This document shows, piece after piece, positions 27,975 through 38,110 of a stretch of DNA of 64,000 bases. The translations under genes were made by a program, and so were the position numbers. Below the pieces are notes generated by a model. It did no database searches. It had not been told where the DNA came from and was given only the letters and a program-made list of their open reading frames with translations. Origin of the DNA: an uncultured Candidatus Saccharibacteria bacterium (GTDB lineage: Bacteria; Patescibacteriota; Doudnabacteria; UBA920); assembly GCA_964474825.1 (NCBI GenBank), contig CAYYWQ010000001.1:165609-229608 (forward strand), read 5' to 3'. How positions within the stretch are numbered: position 1 is the stretch's first letter; every line of letters starts with the position of its first letter.

Positions 27975-30900
27975 TTATGGAAGAGATATGTTGCTATTTT
28001 CATCAAATTCTTTTTCCTGCTCTACGCCAAAGAACGCATATTTTATTTTGCCCTTCTTAGAGATTCCTTCATCTGGGTCTCCTCCAATTCTATTTGTCAG
28101 CTGAATTGTAAGCGTACCGTTTACAATAGATTTATTTAGCTGTTCTGTAATATCAATAATTTTTTCAGAATGGGTGCCATAAGTTGCTTTTACTATCTTA
28201 AACTTGTCTTTAGCCCCAAGATTTTTCAACAATGTTTTGCCTGTTAGTCGCTCACTCGACCCCTCAGGATTTTGATAAAGCTCTAAACCATATTGTTCAA
28301 TTTCACTAATAAATGAAGTCTTTTTTTCGAACAAAAGTTTATGTGCAAATAAAATATTAACCAAACTTTCCTTTTGTGGTAATGGTGTCTTTTTTAGTAT
28401 TTCAAATAGCTTTCTAGGTAAACCTTCTTTCCTGCTCTTGGGGATGTTTTGAATAACATTCCCACTTTGAAGGTAGCCTGAAATTTTGTTTTTCACCTCT
28501 TGGGATTCGCCATCATTATCAAGAATTGCTAGCCATACATCTAATAACTTTTCCTTGTGCTCATCACTCAATAGATTATATGAAGGAATGAGAAAACTGT
28601 GAGTTAAAAATCGCTGATCTAAATCTGTAAAACTAGCCGACCATTCTAAAAGCTTATCAAATATTCCATCTAAGAAACCATCATTTAGTTGTGATCGAAT
28701 TAACTCTATCTTTTGTAAAGCGAAGCGAATATTAACAAAATCTTTGGACTCGATTATAATTTGTTTTAAGCCCTCCAAATACAAGGTCTTCTTTTTGCTT
28801 GCATCAATACCGTTCAAGCCTTCTAACAGGAGAGTTTTTTGACCTTCGTCAACACTTGGTTGCAAGACTCTTTCAACTATAGATCTTTTTAAATCAGTTA
28901 CAAATTCTACTTTTTCTTCAGCAAATTTTAATAACAAACTCTTTATATCTTGGAATTCGTTACTTGAAGAAATTTGTTGTTCATAGACTTTTTTAAAATC
29001 ATCTTTGGCTGTTTCTGAAGCCTGCGAGAGTTTATTTATAAGGTTAACAATATCAAGCTTTAGCTTTTGTGGTATTACTGGATTGTTAATATATAAAATA
29101 TAATGGGGGGCTACTACCTCATAATAATCTTTTGTTATTTTTTCTTCCTTAATTATATTAATATAAAAATTAAGTACCGCTTCCTTTCCAGGGTTCCATT
29201 CTGGAATTTTGGGATTTGTAATAAATCCATTTAAGTTATTTAATAATTGGGCAATTTGCTTTTTGCTTAAAAATGGTATTATCTGAGAATTAACTTGCAA
29301 AGTTTTAGTACTCAACTCATCCAATGAACTAGGGTCGTTAGTGATAGTATTTAGACCATAAATAAGTTGGTCTATAAAACCTTCGCTAATAAATGATTTG
29401 GTGACTGTTTTGTTGGCTAGCAATAGTAAAGAAGTGTCTAAAACAGAAACCTTAAGATTATTATCTTGATAATATCGATAAATTAAATCTGAGATTTTTG
29501 TTTTGATTTGGGAAGTAAGTATGTCAACATTTTTGGAATAGGTCTCAATGATCTTGTTAAGTACCACTTTAGGATCATCACTCTCCAAAACTTTTGAATG
29601 CTCATCAAGGATTAGATCGCGCTGAGTAAATTGAGTTTTTGTATTACCGTTCAAGACTTTAAAAAGACTTTCGGATTTATAAGAACCTGCTTTAGCAAGA
29701 TGTGGAGTTTTGGCCGCTGATTGTGTAAATGCGTCTGCCAGTTTAGCTTTATATCCATCTGGAATTAAATCAAATATGGATAGAACCATATTTAAAATAT
29801 TGAAAACAGAAGCAAATTTATTTTGTCTTTGCTCTTGATTCAAGAGCGAACTAATTTGCTGAACTATATTTTGTTTCTCCTGCTCATTCGACTTTTTAAT
29901 TGTACTTAAGACAGACTCTTCTCTACCACTAATCAAAGAAATTTTAAGTTCCGAGCTTACGCCTAATACCCCGGCATAACCCTCTCTTTTTAAATTTATG
30001 AATTGTTCAAGCTTTAAAGATTGATATGGCCTTGATGCTTGTAGAAAATCAGAAAGGTTCTGGTCTTCAAGTTGCTTTTTTATCTCCTTTATTTTAGGTC
30101 CGTCTTCTGTACCGTTTCTCAAGTAAGTATCTGCGACTTGAAGGGCATCGGAATCATCAAGAAGAACTTTAAAGAAATTTGGCCATTCTTCTTGTAAGAT
30201 AATTAATTTGGATAAAAATGTGAGGTTGTTAGTTACTAGGCCTGTATCAATGTTTCCGAGCTCCTCTTGAGCTAAGGCTAAAAGATAGGTCGTACTTAAA
30301 TTATTGTAAAACTGCTTTATCTTTCTAGGAGTATGAGAAAAAGCATTTAAAACTAAATTGGCAATATTATCTTTTTCCTCATCGTCCTTAAATGGAATTG
30401 CAATCTGACATGAAATCTTGCTAATATACTTTTCTAAATCTCCTTTGAGAAAAGGTGATAAGCGTACTGTAACTTGAAAGAACTTCTTTAAAAAATCTCT
30501 GCTCTGAAGATCTTTTTCATTAGCACCAAGGTCGTCAGTTATAAGACCTTTTTTTAAATGATTCAATAGTGCCCCTTCGTCTACAGGAACAATATAAAGG
30601 CATCCATCGATATTTAAAAAAGTTTTTATTGTGCCTAATAATTCAATTGCTATTTCATTTGTGCACCTATCAAGATTATCAATTACGATAACGATTTTTT
30701 TAAACTTTTTCTTTGCAGTACTAACATATCTTTTAAAGACTTCCTCAAATTGCTCATCAGAAAATAAAGGACTATTTTCTTCGACCCAGTCTTTGACTTT
30801 AATCAAATTTTTAAGACCACTAACACCTCTAGATAAAATTGTTGCTAAGGAACTTGGCACTAATACTAAAACAATTTTATAAAACCATTCAATATTATAG

Positions 30901-31406
30901 TTAAATTGCCACAAGAACGAGGCTGCTAAAATAATCAAATACCAAAAGATAAACTGTAAAACCAAATTTTTTACTTCTTCTTTATCCCAGTATAAGTTGT
31001 AAGACTGTTTTTTTGTTGTTACCGTCGTATAAAAGATTAGTTTTAAATTATCATCAATATCTAAATCTGCTTTCATTTTGGCAAGAAACTGACGATAAAA
31101 AGCATTCTTTTGGTATTTCCAAGCATCAAAATACACGAAGCCAATATCTGATGCAGATTCTTGTAGTCTCTTTCTAAGAAATTTATTAACCAAAGTTGTT
31201 TTTCCAACTCCCCATTTACCCAAAACCCCAACTACAAAAGGCGTCTTAGCCTCCTTTGTAATAGCTTCAAGAGTATCAACATAGTGCTCATACCCAAATT
31301 CATCGAGATCCGAAGGTTCATCAATTAATAGAAGAGATTGGCCTTTTGCAAGAAGGTCTTTAAATTCTTTATCTTTCTTGTTATTCCACCAGCTTGTGAT
31401 GTCCAT
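27975..31406 (-). CDS. KAP-family P-loop NTPase (1143 aa) with TM helices inserted in the NTPase domain
   Basis: Walker A GVLGKWGVGKTT; TM pair LVLQFIFWYLIILAASFLW / IVLVLVPSSLATIL; KAP signature IVIVIDNLDRC. Confidence 0.8.
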   Translation of the reverse strand: MDITSWWNNKKDKEFKDLLAKGQSLLLIDEPSDLDEFGYEHYVDTLEAITKEAKTPFVVGVLGKWGVGKTTLVNKFLRKRLQESASDIGFVYFDAWKYQKNAFYRQFLAKMKADLDIDDNLKLIFYTTVTTKKQSYNLYWDKEEVKNLVLQFIFWYLIILAASFLWQFNYNIEWFYKIVLVLVPSSLATILSRGVSGLKNLIKVKDWVEENSPLFSDEQFEEVFKRYVSTAKKKFKKIVIVIDNLDRCTNEIAIELLGTIKTFLNIDGCLYIVPVDEGALLNHLKKGLITDDLGANEKDLQSRDFLKKFFQVTVRLSPFLKGDLEKYISKISCQIAIPFKDDEEKDNIANLVLNAFSHTPRKIKQFYNNLSTTYLLALAQEELGNIDTGLVTNNLTFLSKLIILQEEWPNFFKVLLDDSDALQVADTYLRNGTEDGPKIKEIKKQLEDQNLSDFLQASRPYQSLKLEQFINLKREGYAGVLGVSSELKISLISGREESVLSTIKKSNEQEKQNIVQQISSLLNQEQRQNKFASVFNILNMVLSIFDLIPDGYKAKLADAFTQSAAKTPHLAKAGSYKSESLFKVLNGNTKTQFTQRDLILDEHSKVLESDDPKVVLNKIIETYSKNVDILTSQIKTKISDLIYRYYQDNNLKVSVLDTSLLLLANKTVTKSFISEGFIDQLIYGLNTITNDPSSLDELSTKTLQVNSQIIPFLSKKQIAQLLNNLNGFITNPKIPEWNPGKEAVLNFYINIIKEEKITKDYYEVVAPHYILYINNPVIPQKLKLDIVNLINKLSQASETAKDDFKKVYEQQISSSNEFQDIKSLLLKFAEEKVEFVTDLKRSIVERVLQPSVDEGQKTLLLEGLNGIDASKKKTLYLEGLKQIIIESKDFVNIRFALQKIELIRSQLNDGFLDGIFDKLLEWSASFTDLDQRFLTHSFLIPSYNLLSDEHKEKLLDVWLAILDNDGESQEVKNKISGYLQSGNVIQNIPKSRKEGLPRKLFEILKKTPLPQKESLVNILFAHKLLFEKKTSFISEIEQYGLELYQNPEGSSERLTGKTLLKNLGAKDKFKIVKATYGTHSEKIIDITEQLNKSIVNGTLTIQLTNRIGGDPDEGISKKGKIKYAFFGVEQEKEFDENSNISLP

Positions 31407-31427
31407 AATTATAATTTATACAAAAGT

Positions 31428-31460
31428 TAGTCCATAGGTATTTTACTCCCAATTAAGCCA
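31428..31460 (-). promoter_or_regulatory. Conserved island promoter, copy 1 (TTGTAA-17-GGAGTAAAAT), upstream of the KAP NTPase gene
   Basis: Same motif at 34916-34947 and 38111-38143. Confidence 0.55.
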
Positions 31461-31866
31461 TTTTACAAAGACCCTTGATATTAAATAATCAAAGCCTATT
31501 TAAGAGTCTGACCACTAACCTGCGAAGATAATATCTCGCAACGGCTGACAGAAAATTTTATCAATTTTAGACTAATCTTGCGGTTTTATTTGTTTGGCTG
31601 ACAATGCAAGCTTTGCATATGCCACATCATCGTGAAAATCGTATTTAGCATGTTTATTTTTTGCAAACAAACGAGTGAGGATATCCATCCTTAGCAATTC
31701 ATTAGCTTCTCTTTTTGTCATACCTGAAACGTGAGCAGGCAAATATTCTAAAGGATAGTGTATGCCGCAGGCTTTGGAAAACAAAAAGGGGACATGACCC
31801 ATTTAAAAACGCCGCATGGCGTTTTTTTGTGTGCACCTAGGTTGCGCTTATGGGAGGAGTAGGGGA

Positions 31867-32151
31867 CTAGTTTATAAATTCTTTTAGCATTTGTTTTACG
31901 GTGGTTTTTCCTTTTGTTGTTTTAAAATAAGCTTCTCTTCTTAGGGCGTCTTGTTTGTTGGGAAAAGCTTCGTAAAAAATTAGTTCCAACGGCCGGCGGT
32001 TTTTGGTCGAAACATTTTTACCCATATTATGGTCATAAACTCTTTGTTTTAAGTCATCGGAATAGCCAATATAAAACAGCCCGTCTTTGAGGCTGCGGAG
32101 GATGTAGACATAATGAAATTTTATAGACATAAGTTTATGATTAATCTTCAT
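31867..32151 (-). CDS. GIY-YIG nuclease-domain protein (small, UPF0213/YhbQ-like)
   Basis: YVYILRSLKDGLFYIGYSDDLKQRVYDHN...RRPLELIFYE. Confidence 0.75.
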   Translation of the reverse strand: MKINHKLMSIKFHYVYILRSLKDGLFYIGYSDDLKQRVYDHNMGKNVSTKNRRPLELIFYEAFPNKQDALRREAYFKTTKGKTTVKQMLKEFIN

Positions 32152-32159
32152 TAATCATA

Positions 32160-32370
32160 TTGTATCAAAACTATTCGGCCCTGTACTGCTCACGGTTTAT
32201 GGCCGCGCCACGACCCTAAATTGAAAATTTAGGGCTTGACCCGAGCGAACAAGGTACAGCCCTGAACCAGTCGCCATCAAATGGCTCCGGTACAGGGCAC
32301 TCACCACTCTTTAACCTGACGGTTCGCGAGTGGTTCGTGGTGGAGCACATCGAGAGGCTGGCAAAACGTT
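32160..32370. ncRNA. GC-rich structured non-coding region (candidate ncRNA of unknown class)
   Basis: About 57% GC versus about 40% nearby. ccctgtac/gtacaggg long-range complement. Local hairpin ccctaaatt-gaaa-atttaggg. No ORF. Confidence 0.3.
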
Positions 32371-32570
32371 ATTTGGCTTAGTTAAAGAGATTTATTTTTT
32401 GATGGTTACTACAAAAGCTATTGCTTAGATTTTTATTAGAACCATTTTACTTACTATGTAAAGGTTAAACAGGTTTTCTAAATGAGAAAAATACAAATAA
32501 ATTTTTGTTAGACAACAAGCCCTAAAAAAGATATAATAATAAGGTAAAGTAGTCAAAATCCACCGAAATT

Positions 32571-33992
32571 ATGACAGAAAAGCAAACAAAAGAAATAGAA
32601 AGCAATATACTGAAACTAGATAATGTGTTAAAGAAAAAATATACTTCCAAGCTGGAAGTTAATTTTGATTTGAAGAGAACCCTAGTTAGTTTTCAGGCTA
32701 ATAAAATAGAATCTGGGTACCGTTGGTATAAATTTAAAGAAGGGTTCTCGTCATCTCTAGTTAAGTATTGTCTTAAAAAAGCAGGTTTAAAGAAAGGTAA
32801 AATACTTGATCCCTTTGCAGGAAGTGGTACTTCATTGTTTGTTGGTGTTGAGGAAGGACTGGATGCCACAGGAATCGAGTTATTGCCCATAGGTCGTGAA
32901 ATTATAAAAGCCAGAGAATTCGCATTACAGACAGATAAAGAAAAACTAAGGTCCATAATAGCAGATTGGATAAAGAATAAGCCTTGGAAAGACCCCAAGA
33001 TAAAAGCCAAGCACTTAAAGTATTTAAATATTACTAAGGATGCTTTTCCCGATGAGACCGAGGTTGAGCTAGGTAGATATCTAACATATTGTGAAAAATT
33101 AAAGGACAAAGACCTGTCTCAGTTTTTTAGATTTGCTGCATTATGTATTTTAGAAGAAATTAGTTATACACGAAAAGATGGTCAATATTTAAGATGGGAT
33201 CACAGGTCACGTAGAACTAATGGCAGTAAAATTTTCAACAAAGGATTAATAAAAACCTTTGACCAGGCTATTAGTTCAAAGTTAGACCAAATTTGTATAG
33301 ATTTAAATAAAGAAGAAATTGATTTATTTTCAAAGGTTGGAAATAAAGAAATCGGAAGCATAGAATTGCTTGAAGGATCTTGTTTAGATGTTCTCCCTAA
33401 GCTTAAAGCTAAGAGCTATGACTTTGTTATGACTTCTCCACCTTATTGCAATAGATACGATTACACTCGTACCTATGCTTTAGAATTAGCCTTACTTGAG
33501 GTAGAAGAACAGGAATTGAAAGATTTAAGACAGACAATGCTTTCCTGTACAGTTGAAAATAGAGAAAAGAGTGATTTGAAAAATAAATTTTCTAGAGAGG
33601 TTTTTGAAGAAGCTTCAAAGGCATTTGATTCTCAAAAGCTCTTAAAATCTATACTAGATTATCTAGAGATATTAAAAAAAGAAAAAAAGCTCAATAACAC
33701 TGGGATCGTCAGAATGATCCGTAACTATTTTTATGAAACAAGCTTAGTAATATTTGAATGCTCCAGAATTCTGAAATCTGGTGGATACTTTTTCATGGTC
33801 AATGATAATGTTAGGTATGCCAGTATAAACATTCCTGTTGATCTTATTTCTTCAGAATTTGCCAAAGCAGCCGGATTCAATGTAGAAAAAATATGGGTCT
33901 TACCAATAGGAAAAGGCAATAGTAGCCAACAAATGGGACTACATGGAAGAGAGGAATTGAGAAAATGTGTCTACGTCTGGCGCAAAATCTAA
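32571..33992 (+). CDS. DNA methyltransferase (N4-cytosine or N6-adenine; alpha-class motif order I then IV)
   Basis: SAM motif I ILDPFAGSGTS; catalytic motif IV TSPPY. Confidence 0.8.
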   Translation: MTEKQTKEIESNILKLDNVLKKKYTSKLEVNFDLKRTLVSFQANKIESGYRWYKFKEGFSSSLVKYCLKKAGLKKGKILDPFAGSGTSLFVGVEEGLDATGIELLPIGREIIKAREFALQTDKEKLRSIIADWIKNKPWKDPKIKAKHLKYLNITKDAFPDETEVELGRYLTYCEKLKDKDLSQFFRFAALCILEEISYTRKDGQYLRWDHRSRRTNGSKIFNKGLIKTFDQAISSKLDQICIDLNKEEIDLFSKVGNKEIGSIELLEGSCLDVLPKLKAKSYDFVMTSPPYCNRYDYTRTYALELALLEVEEQELKDLRQTMLSCTVENREKSDLKNKFSREVFEEASKAFDSQKLLKSILDYLEILKKEKKLNNTGIVRMIRNYFYETSLVIFECSRILKSGGYFFMVNDNVRYASINIPVDLISSEFAKAAGFNVEKIWVLPIGKGNSSQQMGLHGREELRKCVYVWRKI

Positions 33993-34888
33993 AGAGAAAT
34001 TAGCCAGGATATTAAGCCCTCAAACTGAGTATCAGAATTTAGATTAGCTGCACAAGCTAGTCTTTTTTCTTGTAGCTGGTTGTAAATCTCTACTGCCATA
34101 GCATTCTCAATTGCAGCACCTACGAAAAATAATTTAGGCTTATTTTTATTATCTTCAAAGACTTTTCTAATTCTGTCTAAAGCACTATTGGCCGTTTTCC
34201 AATGTTCATCTGCTCCAGCAGGGTCAATTCCTCCCTTTAATTCACCACACGCAAGATAACGATTCTTATCATTAAAAATGTCTTTAGTGATTTTAGTTAA
34301 GCCTGTTGTGTCGAGTAGAATTGCATCAATATTTTTACCAATTAGAGCAGGCTTGAAATCAAAAACCAAAAATCTTTTTGGCCAAGTAAGGCTTTGAACT
34401 TTCCCAGAATCACTTGCTTTAGCTTCGAGTTCAATCTTCTTTGCTTTCAATTTTTTTACTATAGCACCAGCTAATTTGTTACCTGCTAATGCCCCAGTCT
34501 TATTCCTTGAAATACCTCCTAATGTATCGCCCTTGGTAAGTAAGTATCTATACACAAGCTCTTGAGTAAAATTGTCTCCGGCAGTAATTTGATATTTATT
34601 TAAAGCCTCTTTTAAGGCTGCCTTTAAGTCTTCCTCAGAAAGGTGATTAATGGCTTTATCAGAAAACCCAACCGCAGCAATTAACTCCAGTCTATGATGC
34701 GAAAAAAACTCAGGTTTGAAAATATCCTCAATAGTTTTTACTTTTGATAATCCTTCTTTAAATGTCTCTGCTTTTACTAAGTAAGGATGAGCACTGCTTT
34801 CTTTAAAAAGTGCTTGCGTTAAAAACCCCTTCCTTACATTGTACGGGGAAGTAACCAAATCCTCTGGCTTATCAATTGAGTCAGTCAT
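33989..34888 (-). CDS. Putative Type II restriction endonuclease, convergent and overlapping stop codons with the methyltransferase
   Basis: Tail-to-tail 4-bp overlap with the MTase, typical R-M arrangement; no recognisable family. Confidence 0.45.
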   Translation of the reverse strand: MTDSIDKPEDLVTSPYNVRKGFLTQALFKESSAHPYLVKAETFKEGLSKVKTIEDIFKPEFFSHHRLELIAAVGFSDKAINHLSEEDLKAALKEALNKYQITAGDNFTQELVYRYLLTKGDTLGGISRNKTGALAGNKLAGAIVKKLKAKKIELEAKASDSGKVQSLTWPKRFLVFDFKPALIGKNIDAILLDTTGLTKITKDIFNDKNRYLACGELKGGIDPAGADEHWKTANSALDRIRKVFEDNKNKPKLFFVGAAIENAMAVEIYNQLQEKRLACAANLNSDTQFEGLISWLISL

Positions 34889-34915
34889 TCTATATAATTA
34901 AGCTAAATAATTATC

Positions 34916-34947
34916 TGTATTTTACTCCTTAGCAACGGACTTGGCAA
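34916..34947 (-). promoter_or_regulatory. Conserved island promoter, copy 2 (TTGCCA-17-GGAGTAAAAT), upstream of the restriction gene
   Basis: Motif match. Confidence 0.55.
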
Positions 34948-35021
34948 GAAAAAGGCTTATAAATATAAGCAAACAGTTTGCCAAATCAATACCCTCAAGC
35001 TGACTAAGTTTCTCAAACTCG

Positions 35022-36899
35022 CTATTTCCATTTATCAATTAGGGTCATTGTTTCGTTCCTTGGTGCATATTTCTTTTCTATTTCCCCAATATCAACTACA
35101 ACAGGGACTTGTGCCAGTAAGCCTGCAAGTATACAAGTTCCCGTGGGTAAAATTGGTATGTAGTCAAAAGACACCTTATCCAAAAAAGAAATAGTCTTTT
35201 CGACAGCCTTTATGTCTTCTTGGTTAATTAGTCTGTGTAGGAAGTAATTATGAAGTTGAGAAATTATTGTTTGAGAAATATCTGAAGGTCTCTGGCTAGC
35301 AATAGTTAGGAATACCCCAAATTTTCTCCCTTCTTTTATTATTTCTTCAAAAGTTTCTAATCGATAATCTTTCCATTGTTCACTTTCTCTTTCTGAATCG
35401 TCGGATAAGATATTATGAGCCTCGTCGATAATAATGTTTAGGAAAGTGTTATCGTGTTTTTTCTTTTTTTCATTATATAAGCTCTTGCAAAGAAGCAATG
35501 GAAGTATTTTTCTAATATGGATATCTTCAACGTCTTTAAATGATACAATGGTTATATTTGGTTTTATATTGTTTGAATCTTGTGTTTGAACATCTTTAAC
35601 TTCAATAACCTTTTCTAATTCAGGGTATCTGCTATCCATTCTTTTAATTAAAGGAGATAAGTGCTCACGGTTTGCATGACCTTTAATAATATCGTCATAA
35701 TATTTTATAACAACCTTTAATCTAATAAGATTTATACTTGAATGGTTAAATTCTAGTTCGTCAATAATTCCTTTTAAAGGTTGAAGAATGTCCGTATTAA
35801 TACCTTCTTGACCATATTGATCAGTTGCCCCAATGTTCATATAAGAGCCTGTGGTTCCATTGAAGCCTAATTTTTCACTAAGAATATTTTTTGCATCTTC
35901 AAGCTTTTCGAAATTATTTACGCTAGTATATAAATCAGAAAATAATTCTATAAAAATTTTTGATCCCAAATTTTTATCTTTTTTATCAATCGTTTCTTTT
36001 ACCATCGAATACAATTTCGTTCTTAAGTTAGCATTAAAATTATCTCCTTCAAAGATTCTTTTCAAAGCACGGCTTGTCATAACGCTTCTCAAAAAGGGAG
36101 TTTGTGTTTTTTCAGTTGCCTCCAAATATATAGCCCAAAATATGGGATCGTTTAAAGTCTCTTCCGATACAGGAAATTTTTTACTTTCTTGACCTAACCT
36201 CGTTGAAAGTTTATAAATGTTTTTATATTTTTCTTCTACTATCCCATTTGGGTGATCGTATTCCCCATTAAAATCAACTAAGAAAAATTGAGCCTTTTTC
36301 TTAAAGCCATTGTTGTCTTTATATTTTTCAAAAAGTTCGTGGTAAATTTTTGCTAAGGTATAGGATTTACCACTGCCAGTATTTCCGAATATACCGATAT
36401 GACTTGCAAAAAGACTATTGATACCCACTCCTATACGCTGTCCTTTTTCAAGCGACAGCACACCAATATATATAGGTTCGTCAGTTCCTTTTATGAAATT
36501 ATGGACTTGGTCAAATTCATCTTTTTCCAACAAATAGCATTCATTATCAATCAAGGGGAGCTCTTTTATACCTCTTTCAAAATTTTGCCCCTCAAAAAAT
36601 CCTAACAAGCTAATGCTTAGAGTCCTGCTAATTTTATCTCCTTCATTTTTATAACTCTTTTCTGCAAACTGTTTATCTTCAGTGACAAACTCACCGTCAA
36701 CTTTTCCAATAATTTTTATAAAACCTTTTGCTATTTTAACGTACCCTCCGACTGATATGTTTTTTAAAAGCTCCCCTCTATATAAAAGATTTGAGGAGTT
36801 TTTACTTTTATCAACCTTTACTTTTATCACCCTGCCTTCAACAGAGATGACCTTTCCTATTTTAAAAATAGAATCTTTTAATAGAGAGTCGTCGTTCAT
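35022..36899 (-). CDS. HerA-like (DUF87) ATPase, partner of the SIR2 protein
   Basis: Walker A GNTGSGKS; Walker B IIIDEAHNIL; 625 aa. Confidence 0.75.
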   Translation of the reverse strand: MNDDSLLKDSIFKIGKVISVEGRVIKVKVDKSKNSSNLLYRGELLKNISVGGYVKIAKGFIKIIGKVDGEFVTEDKQFAEKSYKNEGDKISRTLSISLLGFFEGQNFERGIKELPLIDNECYLLEKDEFDQVHNFIKGTDEPIYIGVLSLEKGQRIGVGINSLFASHIGIFGNTGSGKSYTLAKIYHELFEKYKDNNGFKKKAQFFLVDFNGEYDHPNGIVEEKYKNIYKLSTRLGQESKKFPVSEETLNDPIFWAIYLEATEKTQTPFLRSVMTSRALKRIFEGDNFNANLRTKLYSMVKETIDKKDKNLGSKIFIELFSDLYTSVNNFEKLEDAKNILSEKLGFNGTTGSYMNIGATDQYGQEGINTDILQPLKGIIDELEFNHSSINLIRLKVVIKYYDDIIKGHANREHLSPLIKRMDSRYPELEKVIEVKDVQTQDSNNIKPNITIVSFKDVEDIHIRKILPLLLCKSLYNEKKKKHDNTFLNIIIDEAHNILSDDSERESEQWKDYRLETFEEIIKEGRKFGVFLTIASQRPSDISQTIISQLHNYFLHRLINQEDIKAVEKTISFLDKVSFDYIPILPTGTCILAGLLAQVPVVVDIGEIEKKYAPRNETMTLIDKWK

Positions 36900-36911
36900 G
36901 AGGATTTTACA

Positions 36912-38072
36912 TTAGTCCGAAATCTTTTTAACAATTTTGCTAAATATTTCTTTGTCAATATTTTGTAAATTCAATTCAAACATATCTTCTTTCTTCCCTT
37001 GAAGCCTAGCTATTAGAGAGCCGGCTTTTTGGGGAGGAGTTAAAATATGAATATTATTGTTTTTGATTTTATCAAAATCAATAATTTTTCTAAGCGTCTT
37101 TTCTGTGTTTGTAGAATGAGCGAGAATAAAAATTCTCAATGTTGGGTTAGAATCCGCAGCCCTTAACGTAAGCGCTCTTATATGCTGGTCTCTAAAGGAA
37201 AAACCCATAACAAATAAAACGGTGTTTTCTTTTTCTAACTCGTTTGAGTAAGACCTTAGCAATCCATAATAGGTTTCATTAAGAACTGTATCCTTTAATT
37301 TTGCTTCTGTAGGGTTAACAATGGCAAAATCTTTGTAGCTTGCCATAAATTGTTTAATTTCGTCAATACATTTTAGGCCATTAGATTTTTTTATTAAATC
37401 TTGTTCCTTATCTTTTTTGTCGATAGTAATAATTTTATCTTTTGGAATTTTGATCTCATTTAATTTTTTAATAAGTTCTAAATTCGATGAAAATTTTATT
37501 TCCTTATTTTCGATTTGCCAAGTTAAAGATCCGTGCATTTTTAACACATTAAATACTGGTATCTCCGAGGTGTTGTCGTAATAAAGACTTTTTTTAAAAT
37601 AAGATTTTTTAAAATTACCTAGATTAAAAGCAGGTTTAAATCTGCCACAGAAACCATCATTAAATTCAAGGCCACTTTCCTCTAAACTTTTTTCTAAAAA
37701 TAAATCAATATTGGTTGTAAACAAATTTGCCTGTTTGCAAAAAATATTTTTTCTTTTTAATAACAAAGTGTTTATAGATGTTAAAAAGTTTCTATAATTT
37801 TGTAAGACTTCATTTGGTTCATTTTCATTTTGTAGAATCCCGACATTTTTTGAAATTACTCCGTCAAAGTAGTGTTTGTAAAGCGATGACGTGATAATCT
37901 CTTTTTGTTCGGCTTCAACTATTTGGTTTTTATTCTCTTCAAAAATCCCAAGTAAATTTTCTATATTTTCTAGGCAATCTAAATACGGTCTCGACATCCC
38001 AGCCCCAATTAAAAAGTTTATGTTTGCACTTTCTATTACACTTTGTATTTCGTCTAGGTTATGTGTATCCAT
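36912..38072 (-). CDS. SIR2-like (SIR2_2 family) NADase-domain protein of a SIR2-HerA defence pair
   Basis: NFLIGAGMSRP, FTTNIDLFLE (TTNYD-like) and KMHGSL motifs. Confidence 0.7.
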   Translation of the reverse strand: MDTHNLDEIQSVIESANINFLIGAGMSRPYLDCLENIENLLGIFEENKNQIVEAEQKEIITSSLYKHYFDGVISKNVGILQNENEPNEVLQNYRNFLTSINTLLLKRKNIFCKQANLFTTNIDLFLEKSLEESGLEFNDGFCGRFKPAFNLGNFKKSYFKKSLYYDNTSEIPVFNVLKMHGSLTWQIENKEIKFSSNLELIKKLNEIKIPKDKIITIDKKDKEQDLIKKSNGLKCIDEIKQFMASYKDFAIVNPTEAKLKDTVLNETYYGLLRSYSNELEKENTVLFVMGFSFRDQHIRALTLRAADSNPTLRIFILAHSTNTEKTLRKIIDFDKIKNNNIHILTPPQKAGSLIARLQGKKEDMFELNLQNIDKEIFSKIVKKISD

Positions 38073-38110
38073 AAATAGGCAGATTAACAGATCAAAAAGT
38101 AACTATGCAT

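Noticed and set aside
31572-31802. 76-aa minus-strand ORF between the KAP NTPase promoter region and the GIY-YIG gene
   Set aside because: No RBS, no motif, and it overlaps the conserved promoter region of the KAP gene. Probably non-coding.
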